From Selenomonadales bacterium (lineage in GTDB: Bacteria; Bacillota; Clostridia; Christensenellales; QALW01): a DNA stretch of 64,000 nt. This document shows, piece after piece, positions 17,321 to 26,104 of this stretch. The notes beneath the pieces were generated by a model. That model had not been told where the DNA came from and did not search any database. It worked only from the letters and a program-made list of their open reading frames with translations. Every line of letters starts with the position of its first letter. The first letter of the stretch is position 1. The translations under genes and the position numbers were made by a program. The stretch lies in NCBI GenBank assembly GCA_003150515.1, contig QALW01000044.1, forward strand, positions 5,838 through 69,837. The letters are read 5' to 3'.

Positions 17321-18826
17321 ATGGCCATTAATTATATAGAGCCGGAATATGAAATAATAAGGGATCAATCGCGGTGCATAGCCTGCCGCGTGTGCCAGAG
17401 GCAGTGCGCCAACTGTGTGCATTATCTGGACGAGGAGAGCGGCGTGATGCGCTCGGATGAATTCAAATGCGTATGCTGCCATCGCTGCGTTGCTCTGTGT
17501 CCCACTCATGCGCTTAAAATTGTCAAGAGCGCTCATACCTTTAAATCCAATTATAACTGGAGCGGCGAGGCCATCAGCGAAATATACCGCCAGGCTGAGA
17601 GCGGAGGGGTGCTGCTTTCCTCCATGGGCAATCCGCGTCCTCTGCCTATATATTGGGACCGCCTGCTTTTAAACGCTTCTCAGGTTACCAATCCCAGCAT
17701 AGATCCGCTGCGCGAGCCTATGGAAACGGTTACCTTTCTTGGGCGCAAGCCTGAACGGCTGGAGCGGAATGAAAAGGGAGACATTATATCTAATATGAGC
17801 CCTCAGCTCCGTCTGAGCACGCCCATTATGTTTTCGGCCATGAGCTACGGTTCAATCAGCTATAACGCGCACGCGTCCCTGGCGCGGGCCGCGGCCGAGC
17901 TGGGAATATATTATAACACGGGCGAGGGAGGCCTGCATGAGGATTTTTATAAATACGGAGCCAACACCATAGTGCAGGTGGCTTCGGGCCGGTTCGGAGT
18001 GCATAAAAAATATCTGGAGACGGCCGCGGCGGTGGAAATCAAGATGGGGCAGGGGGCCAAGCCGGGCATAGGAGGGCATCTTCCGGGCGAAAAAATAGTG
18101 GGGGACGTTTCGCGCACCCGCATGATTCCCGAGGGAACGGACGCCATTTCGCCTGCGCCTCATCACGACATATATTCCATAGAGGATCTGCGCCAGCTTG
18201 TTTATTCCATTAAGGAGGCGACTGAATATAAAAAGCCGGTAATAGTTAAAATTGCGGCTGTGCATAACGTGGCGGCCATAGCCAGCGGCATAGCCCGTTC
18301 GGGGGCGGACATTATAGCCATAGACGGCTTCAGGGGCGGCACGGGCGCGGCGCCCACCCGCATTCGGGATAACGTGGGCATTCCCATAGAATTGGCGCTG
18401 GCCAGCGTGGACGAGCGCCTCAGGCAGGAGGGCATAAGGGGCAATGTTTCCATAATTGCGGCGGGCAGCATACGCTCCAGCGCGGATATGGTTAAAGCCA
18501 TAGCCCTGGGGGCGGATGCGGTATATATAGGCACGGCGTCTCTTGTTGCGCTGGGCTGTCATCTTTGCCGGAACTGCCACAGCGGCAAATGCAACTGGGG
18601 CATAGCCACTCAAAGGCCTGAATTGGTCAAGCGCCTTAATCCCGAGATAGGCGCGCAGAGGCTGGTTAATTTAATCAGCGCCTGGACGCACGAGCTTAAG
18701 GAGATTATGGGCGGCATGGGCATAAATTCAGTGGAGGCTCTGCGCGGCAACAGGCTCATGCTCAGGGGAGTGGGCATGACTCAAAAGGAATTGGAAATTC
18801 TGGGCGTAAAGCACGCCGGAGAATAG
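17321..18826 (+). CDS. glutamate synthase FMN-binding (GltS domain-2 type) subunit with an N-terminal 2x[4Fe-4S] ferredoxin module
   Basis: CIACRVCQRQC and CVCCHRCVALCP; KMGQGAKPGIGGHLPGEKI; GFRGGTGAAP. Confidence 0.9.
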   Translation: MAINYIEPEYEIIRDQSRCIACRVCQRQCANCVHYLDEESGVMRSDEFKCVCCHRCVALCPTHALKIVKSAHTFKSNYNWSGEAISEIYRQAESGGVLLSSMGNPRPLPIYWDRLLLNASQVTNPSIDPLREPMETVTFLGRKPERLERNEKGDIISNMSPQLRLSTPIMFSAMSYGSISYNAHASLARAAAELGIYYNTGEGGLHEDFYKYGANTIVQVASGRFGVHKKYLETAAAVEIKMGQGAKPGIGGHLPGEKIVGDVSRTRMIPEGTDAISPAPHHDIYSIEDLRQLVYSIKEATEYKKPVIVKIAAVHNVAAIASGIARSGADIIAIDGFRGGTGAAPTRIRDNVGIPIELALASVDERLRQEGIRGNVSIIAAGSIRSSADMVKAIALGADAVYIGTASLVALGCHLCRNCHSGKCNWGIATQRPELVKRLNPEIGAQRLVNLISAWTHELKEIMGGMGINSVEALRGNRLMLRGVGMTQKELEILGVKHAGE

Positions 18827-18842
18827 GGAGGGGAAAAGTGCG

Positions 18843-19271
18843 GTGAAAAGAGTATATGTGGATGAAAAATGGTGTCTGGGCTGTCATTTATGCGAATATA
18901 ACTGCGCCTTTGCCAATTCGGGCAAGAAAGATATGGTCAGCGCGCTTAAGGGGGTTAAGCCTAATCCCCGCATAAGGGTGGAGGAAGGCGGGGACATATG
19001 CTTTGCGGTCTCCTGCCGGCATTGTTCCGAGCCTTTGTGCGTTAAAAGCTGTATAAGCGGCGCTATGAGCGTTCATGAGGGGGTTATAAAGGTGGATCGG
19101 GAGAGATGCGTGGGATGCCTGAGCTGCGTTATGGCCTGCCCTTACGGCGCTGTGGCGGCCGGCCCTGACGGTCCGGTGCAAAAATGCGAGCTGTGTCTGG
19201 AAAATCAGTGCGGACAGCCTGCCTGCGTTGCGGGCTGTCCCAATAAAGCCATTATATACGAGGAGCGCTAG
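18843..19271 (+). CDS. 4Fe-4S dicluster ferredoxin-domain protein
   Basis: GTG start after a GGGAGGGG RBS. Cys clusters CLGCHLCEYNC, CRHCSEPLCVKSC, CVGCLSCVMACP. Confidence 0.8.
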   Translation: MKRVYVDEKWCLGCHLCEYNCAFANSGKKDMVSALKGVKPNPRIRVEEGGDICFAVSCRHCSEPLCVKSCISGAMSVHEGVIKVDRERCVGCLSCVMACPYGAVAAGPDGPVQKCELCLENQCGQPACVAGCPNKAIIYEER

Positions 19272-19613
19272 CCCCGGGAGTATGAATAGCGCCGGGAAAA
19301 CGGGGGCGCGGGCGGGGATGCGTTAATGGACGCGCAGAAATAAGCGCATTTAGGGAGCTTAAACCGCGTGATTGATTAAAAGGACGGGGCAGGGCTCAAT
19401 AAGGGCGCGTCCGTTTTGGCTGCGTAAAGCAAGCCAAAACTCCTATAAAGGGCGGGGCGCCCCCAAAATGGGCAGGAGTTTCTGTTTTAAAGGCGGAAAA
19501 TCAGCGCGGCAGGCTCAAAGAGCGGCGGTAAATACGCTGGGATAACGCTTGGGGCAGTCTTAAATAAGATAATTGAGAGCAGCATTGCGCTGGAAAAGGA
19601 CGGAGGTAAAAGA

Positions 19614-20864
19614 ATGAAAGCGCAGGAGAAATTAAAGGCCAAATATGTTATAATAGGAAATTCTGCGGCGGCGGTGGGCGGAGTTGAGGGTATACGGGCG
19701 GTAGAACAAAAAGAGGATATTATATTGGTTTCCTCCGAACCTCATTTCACCTACTCCCGTCCGCTTATATCCTATCTGCTTGGCGGGCAGACGGATATGC
19801 AGCGTATAAAATACCGTTCGCCCGATTTTTATAAACAAAATAATGCCGCGCTCATGGCTGGGCGCACGGCGGTAAAAATAGAGGCGGATAAAAAAAGCGT
19901 GCTGCTGGAAAACGGAGACGTATTAAGCTATGAAAAGCTGCTTTATGCCGCCGGCAGCCGTCCGTTTATTCCCAATCTGGAGGGCCTGGAGCAGGTGAAA
20001 AATAAATTTACCTTTATGAGCCTGAATGACGCGCTGGCTTTAGAGCGGGCGGTTAATAAGCGGAGCAGGGTGCTCATAATGGGAGCGGGGCTTATAGGTT
20101 TAAAATGCGCAGAGGGGCTTTATGAGCGCGCGGGCAGCATAACGGTGGTGGATCTGGCGGACAGGGTGCTTTCCAGCATCCTGGATGAGCGCGGAGCGGC
20201 GATTATGCTTAAGCATCTTGAGGCTAAAGGTATAAAAGTAAAGCTGAACGCGGGCGTTAAGGCTTTTACTCCGGAGGGCGCGGTGCTGGAAAAAGAGCTG
20301 GTTCCGTTTGACGTGCTGGTTATAGCTGTGGGCGTGCGCCCCAATATAGAATTGCTCAAGGATGCCGGCGCCGACTGCGGACGCGGCGTCATTGTGGATG
20401 AACATTCGCGCACCAGCCTTAAGGATGTATACGCCGCCGGGGACTGCACTCAATGCCGGATTCTCTCAAGCGGAGAAAGCAGGATTCTAGCCCTGCTGCC
20501 CAACGCCTATATGCAGGGGGAAACGGCCGGCCGCAGCATGGCGGGAGAGGAAGCGCGGTTTGTCCAGGCAGTGCCTATGAATTCCATGGGAGTTCTGGGC
20601 CTGCATATGGTAACCTGCGGCGTTTACGAGGGGCAAAGCGTTATATCGGACGCGGACGGGAAATATAAGCGCTTGTTTGTAAAGGACGGCGTATTGAAGG
20701 GCTATATAATGCTGGGGGATGTAGAGCGCGCAGGAATTTATACATCGTTAATCCGCGAAGAAATCCCTTTAAGCGGGATAAATTTTGAGCTGCTTGCGCA
20801 GGCTCCTCAGCTTATGGCTTTTTCCAGCCAGTATAGGCGAAGCAAGCTGGGAGAAAAGGTATAA
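19614..20864 (+). CDS. NAD(P)/FAD-dependent pyridine-nucleotide-disulfide-family oxidoreductase
   Basis: Two Rossmann motifs (VIIGNSAAAVGG, IMGAGLIGLKCAE) and YAAGDC. Confidence 0.85.
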   Translation: MKAQEKLKAKYVIIGNSAAAVGGVEGIRAVEQKEDIILVSSEPHFTYSRPLISYLLGGQTDMQRIKYRSPDFYKQNNAALMAGRTAVKIEADKKSVLLENGDVLSYEKLLYAAGSRPFIPNLEGLEQVKNKFTFMSLNDALALERAVNKRSRVLIMGAGLIGLKCAEGLYERAGSITVVDLADRVLSSILDERGAAIMLKHLEAKGIKVKLNAGVKAFTPEGAVLEKELVPFDVLVIAVGVRPNIELLKDAGADCGRGVIVDEHSRTSLKDVYAAGDCTQCRILSSGESRILALLPNAYMQGETAGRSMAGEEARFVQAVPMNSMGVLGLHMVTCGVYEGQSVISDADGKYKRLFVKDGVLKGYIMLGDVERAGIYTSLIREEIPLSGINFELLAQAPQLMAFSSQYRRSKLGEKV

Positions 20865-20892
20865 ATCAGTTAATAAAGAGGAGAGATTTGCT

Positions 20893-21615
20893 ATGCTGAG
20901 AATAGACGCCAGGGAAGAGGATTACCGCCTGCTGAACGAGAAAATAAGGGAATGCTCCCAAAAGGAAATAACGCTGAATAATGTAATGGGGCAGAGGTAT
21001 ATTGGATGCGGCCTGGCAGGGCACCGGATTATTATAAACGGTACGCCCGGCAACGCCCTGGGCGCTTATTTGGACGGCGCCGAGCTGATTGTCAGGGGCA
21101 ACGCTCAGGATGCGGCTGGAGATACCATGGATAGCGGGCTAATAGTTATAGAGGGAAATGCAGGGGACGCCGCGGGCTATGCCATGCGCGGAGGAGAGAT
21201 TTTTATAAAGGGCAGCGTAGGCTACCGCGCCGGCATACATATGAAAGAATATAATCAAAAGCGGCCTGCGCTGGTAATAGGCGGGAGCGCGGGCAGCTTT
21301 TTAGGCGAATATCAGGCGGGAGGCGTTATAATAGTTTTAGGGCTGGGCTCCCGCGGGCCGATTGTGGGCAATTTCTGCGGAACAGGCATGCACGGGGGCG
21401 AGATTTTTCTCAGAGCAGAGCTGTTTGAGGGGGCCTTGCCTAAGCAGGTATGCGCGCGCAAGGCTCAGAAAGAAGATTTGGCCCGCATAGAGGGCTATAT
21501 CAGAAGCTTCTGCGATTATTTTGATTATTCTTTTTCCGAAGTATTCCAGCATGAATTTCTGGTGCTTTCTCCTAATACCGGCAATCCGTACAGGCAGCTT
21601 TATACGCCCAACTGA
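20893..21615 (+). CDS. GXGXG-motif protein (glutamate synthase domain-3 / C-terminal beta-helix type)
   Basis: GNALGAYLDGAELIVRGNAQDAAGDTMDSGLIVIEGNAGDAAGYAMRGGEIFIKGSVGYRAG. Start trimmed to the ATG that has an AAGAGGAGAG RBS. Confidence 0.88.
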   Translation: MLRIDAREEDYRLLNEKIRECSQKEITLNNVMGQRYIGCGLAGHRIIINGTPGNALGAYLDGAELIVRGNAQDAAGDTMDSGLIVIEGNAGDAAGYAMRGGEIFIKGSVGYRAGIHMKEYNQKRPALVIGGSAGSFLGEYQAGGVIIVLGLGSRGPIVGNFCGTGMHGGEIFLRAELFEGALPKQVCARKAQKEDLARIEGYIRSFCDYFDYSFSEVFQHEFLVLSPNTGNPYRQLYTPN

Positions 21616-21716
21616 TTTTCTTTTATAAGGACGCCCGAAAGGATAAAGCCCTCTGCATGGTAGTATGTTCGGGGATTCAGCCTGTTTATCCGGAAATTGG
21701 GGCGTCTGCGCGCAGT

Positions 21717-21762
21717 AAAAAAAGCCTCCGTCCCGTTTATATTTTAGGGACGGAGGCTTTTT
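21717..21762. terminator. bidirectional intrinsic terminator
   Basis: AGCCTCCGTCCC / GGGACGGAGGCT stem flanked by an A-run and a T-run. It lies between convergent genes. Confidence 0.85.
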
Positions 21763-21765
21763 GGT

Positions 21766-24480
21766 TTATTCTTTAACCAGTCTGTAGCTGTATTCCGCTT
21801 GGGGTTCGCCCGAATGCTCGACGTTAAAGGTTAATTCGTACCAACCGCTTTGGGCGTTATAATAGGTTTGCCAGTAATCGTTGCCCAGATAGGACTGATC
21901 TATTTTAGTCCATTGTCCGTCTTTAAGAGTTTCCAGCCTGTAGCCCGAATAGGAGGGCACGTTGGTAAAGGTAAGGGGTATATAGCTTATGCCGCCCTTT
22001 ACAGTAATCTGGGCGAGCACGTCCTGAGCCTGGACGCATTTAACCTCAATGGGGTATTGGCGGGTAATTTCTCCCAGCTCCGCCCAGGCGTGGATTTTGC
22101 CGCCCATAGCGTAGCGGTAGGCTAATTTCCAGGTGTTGAATTCCTCTGCGGGTATGCTTTTAATTACGGGGCTGTCAAAATAGAAGCTGGAGAGGGATAT
22201 GGGCAGATTGATATATTCCACGGCGCCCCGGACCGTGCTGCCCGCCTTGATTACATTTCCCGCTTCGGCCGGGGGGCAGAGCTCCACCAGGGTGGAATTG
22301 CCGCAGAACATCTCTGTGCTGCGCAGATTAAAGGCGGGCTTGGAATAGTTTTTTCCGTTCAGCTCCGCTTCAAAGGACAGCAGATTGAGCATGCGGTTGG
22401 CGGTTTTGGCGTCAAAATAGTCTGAATTGATTTTGGTATAGCTGTCGGTAAAGGCAATCCACATTCCTTCTCCGGGCACATCTATGCGCTGCATGCCGTT
22501 TGAGCCTATATAGCCCGCCGTGTCATACACGGGGATTTCTGCTTCCGCGCCGTAGGTTTCTCCGGCTATGGTATATTCAATAGGGCCGTCGTCATTTCCT
22601 ATGGTTATGCCGTGCCAGCGGCCGCTGTTATGGTTATCCGCGCCCAATTGATAAAAGGCCATTCTTTCAAAGCTTACGTCCTTAACAAAGCGGTATTCAA
22701 AAATATGAGTGGCGCGGGAGACGTCGTTGGTGCGGCCGAGATAGGTTTTCAGAGTAAATTCCACGGCGTTGTCCTTGGTTATACCGGTAAATATAACCTC
22801 GGCGAGATTGGGCGCGTAATTTTTATAAAAAACTCTTACGTTTTTAAAGCCTACTATGCCTGAGGTATTTGTTCCGTCCTTGCCGTAATATAGGAAATTG
22901 CCTCCGCCGTTATTGGTGCCCCAGACGTATTCCTGGCCTTGGTCAAAGGGATCAAAGCCCACGCCGCGGACATCGTTAATAAAGGCCAAGCCGCAGGTCT
23001 GGTCGGGGTCATAGCAGAAGGCTTCTCCGCTTGAGCCAATGGTGCTGGTCTGCCAGACTTGATGCGTGCTGTAGGCCGGCCAGCCAATCAGGCAAAGCTG
23101 GGCGTGGCTGGCCACGTTTACGGTACCCCAGTTATTAAAGGCGTTCATATATTCGTAGGTAACGCTGGAATTGGCGGGCACCTCCAGATAGGTATATCCA
23201 TGGTACCAGGAGCCGTCCAGGCCTTTATACCACTGCGCTTTAGTTACCGAGCTGTCAAATGGGTGCCAGTTCTTGGATATCTGTATGGGCACGCCCAGCG
23301 GCTCGCCCGTGTCGATATCCCTCAGCATCGGGCCGAAGCCTTCTACGGCGAAGGCGCCGCTTTTTTCAAACATTAGGGGAACGGTTATTGTTTGCTCTGA
23401 GGGGTTCTGGATGGTGAAGCTTACTCTGTCGCAGGCGTTTTGGTTTTGTTCCTGGGCAAAGGCCGTGCCCTTAGCGCTGACCATGCGGTTTGTATTCATA
23501 ACCCAAACGCCTCTGTCCGCGTCAAATTGCACAGGCACTTCTCTTCCTTCCCGCGGAGCGATCTGGCTGGCGCTGATATTTAAAGAGGCTATGGCGTTAT
23601 ATTGCTCGATATCCGCTTGGGATGGGGAGACGCTGGGAATGATTATAGCGCCGAAGCCCTGAAATTCATATTGTTTGAGGGATATTCCCGAGCAGCTCAT
23701 AGTGAGGGTTTTTGAGGCCTGTTCATAGGAGAGGGAGGCGTTCTGGCTGGGCAGTATAATTGAAAGGCCGGAGCCGTCCGGGGCCTTGAGAATTATTTCC
23801 CGTCCGTTCTGCGAGGGCGAGCCGGTCATCTCTTCTGAAAATTCGAATGAATAGGTGAGGGTTGCGTCTGCAATATCATGCTGGGCAAAAAGCTGAAAAT
23901 TAAGCGCAAAATACTCCGGCAGGGCTTTAATTTCCGTACGGCCTATAAAGCTGTTTGTGCGTTTGCCGGAAGAATCTGCAAAAATCATGGCTGCGGCGTC
24001 AAAGGATTGCATATACTGGCCTGATTCTATTATCCGCATATTGATTGTATTGTATTGCGCGGGCTCTATGATATCTGTGAAAACATATTCGTCGTCGTTT
24101 ATTTTTACCGAACTGAAAGTGCTTACCTGAGGCAGGCTGTTTATAACCGAGGCATTTTGAGTCATAACTTCGGACTGGCTGTATTCATCTTTCAAGGCGC
24201 CTATTCGGTTTATCATTCCGTTAGAGCCGTTGACGCTTATTCCGTAATAGCCTGTTTGGACAAAAAATTTATTATTCGGGGCGGTGCCCGTTCCTTCGGG
24301 CCACCAGGAGTATGCATAATCTCTTACGTCGGGCTGCTGGGAGTAAGTATTGCCTACATAGGGGTTTAATTCGGAGCCTTGTTCGGGTGAAACGCTGGGA
24401 GAAGGCGAAGGGTTATCGGCGCATGAGGCCAGGGAGAGACCTATTGCTCCGGTGAGCAATAATACGGCGACTTTTTTCAT
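21766..24480 (-). CDS. large secreted lipoprotein of unknown function
   Basis: 904-aa ORF. Lipoprotein signal MKKVAVLLLTGAIGLSLASC followed by a PSPSPS linker. No recognisable catalytic motif. Confidence 0.85.
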   Translation of the reverse strand: MKKVAVLLLTGAIGLSLASCADNPSPSPSVSPEQGSELNPYVGNTYSQQPDVRDYAYSWWPEGTGTAPNNKFFVQTGYYGISVNGSNGMINRIGALKDEYSQSEVMTQNASVINSLPQVSTFSSVKINDDEYVFTDIIEPAQYNTINMRIIESGQYMQSFDAAAMIFADSSGKRTNSFIGRTEIKALPEYFALNFQLFAQHDIADATLTYSFEFSEEMTGSPSQNGREIILKAPDGSGLSIILPSQNASLSYEQASKTLTMSCSGISLKQYEFQGFGAIIIPSVSPSQADIEQYNAIASLNISASQIAPREGREVPVQFDADRGVWVMNTNRMVSAKGTAFAQEQNQNACDRVSFTIQNPSEQTITVPLMFEKSGAFAVEGFGPMLRDIDTGEPLGVPIQISKNWHPFDSSVTKAQWYKGLDGSWYHGYTYLEVPANSSVTYEYMNAFNNWGTVNVASHAQLCLIGWPAYSTHQVWQTSTIGSSGEAFCYDPDQTCGLAFINDVRGVGFDPFDQGQEYVWGTNNGGGNFLYYGKDGTNTSGIVGFKNVRVFYKNYAPNLAEVIFTGITKDNAVEFTLKTYLGRTNDVSRATHIFEYRFVKDVSFERMAFYQLGADNHNSGRWHGITIGNDDGPIEYTIAGETYGAEAEIPVYDTAGYIGSNGMQRIDVPGEGMWIAFTDSYTKINSDYFDAKTANRMLNLLSFEAELNGKNYSKPAFNLRSTEMFCGNSTLVELCPPAEAGNVIKAGSTVRGAVEYINLPISLSSFYFDSPVIKSIPAEEFNTWKLAYRYAMGGKIHAWAELGEITRQYPIEVKCVQAQDVLAQITVKGGISYIPLTFTNVPSYSGYRLETLKDGQWTKIDQSYLGNDYWQTYYNAQSGWYELTFNVEHSGEPQAEYSYRLVKE

Positions 24481-24582
24481 AATATTTCTCCTTCATAATT
24501 TAATTGCAATTATTATAAGCAATTTAAAAGCGGAATGTCAATATGGAAGTTTATTTTTTTATTTGGCGGCGGCATCCCGCCC

Positions 24583-24914
24583 GTTTCTCCGCAGGCGCTT
24601 AAGCGCCTGCGGAGAAACAATAATGAGGCCGGCCTAGGCCGGCCGCTCTGTCCGCGGCCCATGTCCGCCGCGGACAGAGCTTTTATATAGAGCCCACCCG
24701 CGCCGCTGAGAGACGCTGGGAAGGAGCAGCGAACGGTGGCCGGGGGCGGGCGGGAAAGATAAAGGGCGCCGGGCGCAAATTATGCGCCCGGCGCCGTGCG
24801 GCTTAAGCCGCACACATTTTATGCCCCAACTGGCGCCAGAGGGTTTCCTCTGGCGCCAGTTGGGGCCGTCCGGCCATCAGCCGGACGCGGGTGGGTTAAG
24901 CCCCCGCATAAAAT
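24583..24914. repeat. array of seven back-to-back perfect or near-perfect hairpins plus dispersed-repeat modules
   Basis: Hairpins at 24583..24618, 24627..24644, 24645..24680, 24765..24795, 24796..24813, 24824..24865 and 24868..24886. An outer inverted repeat pairs 24816..24824 with 24906..24914. Confidence 0.9.
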
Positions 24915-24935
24915 ATGCATGATAAGTTTATTTAA

Positions 24936-25646
24936 TTATTTCAGGCTATTAATATATGCTAGTTCTGTTGAATTTAATTCACGGTATGCCCCAGAAGATA
25001 ATTTGCCAAGATTAATATTTCCTATGCGTATACGCATAAGGCTGAGAAGTTCTTTATCTATTGCTTCAAGCATCTTGCGCACCTCTCTATTACGTCCCTC
25101 GTGTATTGTAATAGAAAGAGTAACCGTGTGCTGCGTGCCCCCTGTTACTGACACTTTAGCGGGAGCGGTAGTAATGGTTTCCTCTATTTGCACGCCTCGT
25201 TCCAGTTTTAATATGTCCCGGCGGTCGATTTCGCCTTTTATAACGGCCAGATATTCCTTTTCTATTTCATATTTAGGATGAGTGAGCCGATATGCGGCAT
25301 CGCCGTCGTTAGTTAGCAGAATTAAGCCGCTGGTATTATAATCCAGACGGCCGACAGGATAAAGCCTATAAGGCAAATCAATAAGCTGGGTGACGGTAGG
25401 CCGCCCCTCAGGGTCGCTGGATGTGCTCATGACCTTTTCTGGTTTATTGAGCATTATGTATACATTTTTGGATTCTGCTTGCAGAATTTTCCCATCCAGT
25501 TCAACCTGGTCTGAAGGAGAAACAGTGGTGCCCAGCTGGGTGGTTATCTCTCCGTTTACCTTAACTCTGCCCTGAAGTATATATTCTTCGCATTTTCTGC
25601 GGGAGGCTGCGCCGCAGCGAGCCATATATTTTTGCAGTCGTTCCAT
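24936..25646 (-). CDS. rluB: pseudouridine synthase, RsuA/RluB family (S4 domain plus catalytic domain)
   Basis: RLQKYMARCGAASRRKCEEYILQGRVKVNG; GRLDYNTSGLILLTNDG. Confidence 0.88.
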   Translation of the reverse strand: MERLQKYMARCGAASRRKCEEYILQGRVKVNGEITTQLGTTVSPSDQVELDGKILQAESKNVYIMLNKPEKVMSTSSDPEGRPTVTQLIDLPYRLYPVGRLDYNTSGLILLTNDGDAAYRLTHPKYEIEKEYLAVIKGEIDRRDILKLERGVQIEETITTAPAKVSVTGGTQHTVTLSITIHEGRNREVRKMLEAIDKELLSLMRIRIGNINLGKLSSGAYRELNSTELAYINSLK

Positions 25647-25885
25647 GAGTATCCTTTCAAAAAAGTATTATGCAGGCATACTGCGCAGTTTGGGCACGCG
25701 CTAAGCCGCGGGTGGGTTTATATTAAAAATGCGCCTGATAAACGCGTATAGAAAACGGCGCACTATTAGGCCACTAAAACAAATTATATATATTTGATTT
25801 CTGGGCGCATTTTGGGCGCCGCAGTCAATTTCTAGGGGACGTTTTAGCTTGGCAAGAGTTACAGCCTATATGGGAAATAGAGGCT

Positions 25886-26094
25886 GGCGCGCCCTCCTTT
25901 AAAGGGCGGGGCGGCGTTGTATTAATTAGGAAAGCAAAATTATACAGCGGGGGCTCTTGCCCGCCCGTTTTTTCTGCCTAACGGCCGAAAAAACAATAAT
26001 GAGGCCGTGCTTAGCACGGCCGGCAGTTCAGCTGCGCGCGGCCCATGTCCGCCGCGCGCAGCTGAACTGCTCTTTATATTTCCCGCCCGCCCCC
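25886..26094. repeat. dispersed-repeat copy: CCTTTAAAGG box, AACAATAATG module, short hairpin, long CCATGTCC-loop hairpin, CTTTATATTTCCCGCCCGCCCCC module
   Basis: Box at 25886..25916; hairpins at 26003..26021 and 26023..26070; tail module at 26071..26094. Confidence 0.9.
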
Positions 26095-26104
26095 TTTAGG
26101 CGTC

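Noticed and set aside
17852-18613. 253-aa ORF antisense to the GltS FMN-subunit gene
   Set aside because: It lies wholly inside a strongly supported gene on the other strand, its product is Arg/Ala/Gly-rich low-complexity sequence, and it has no RBS.
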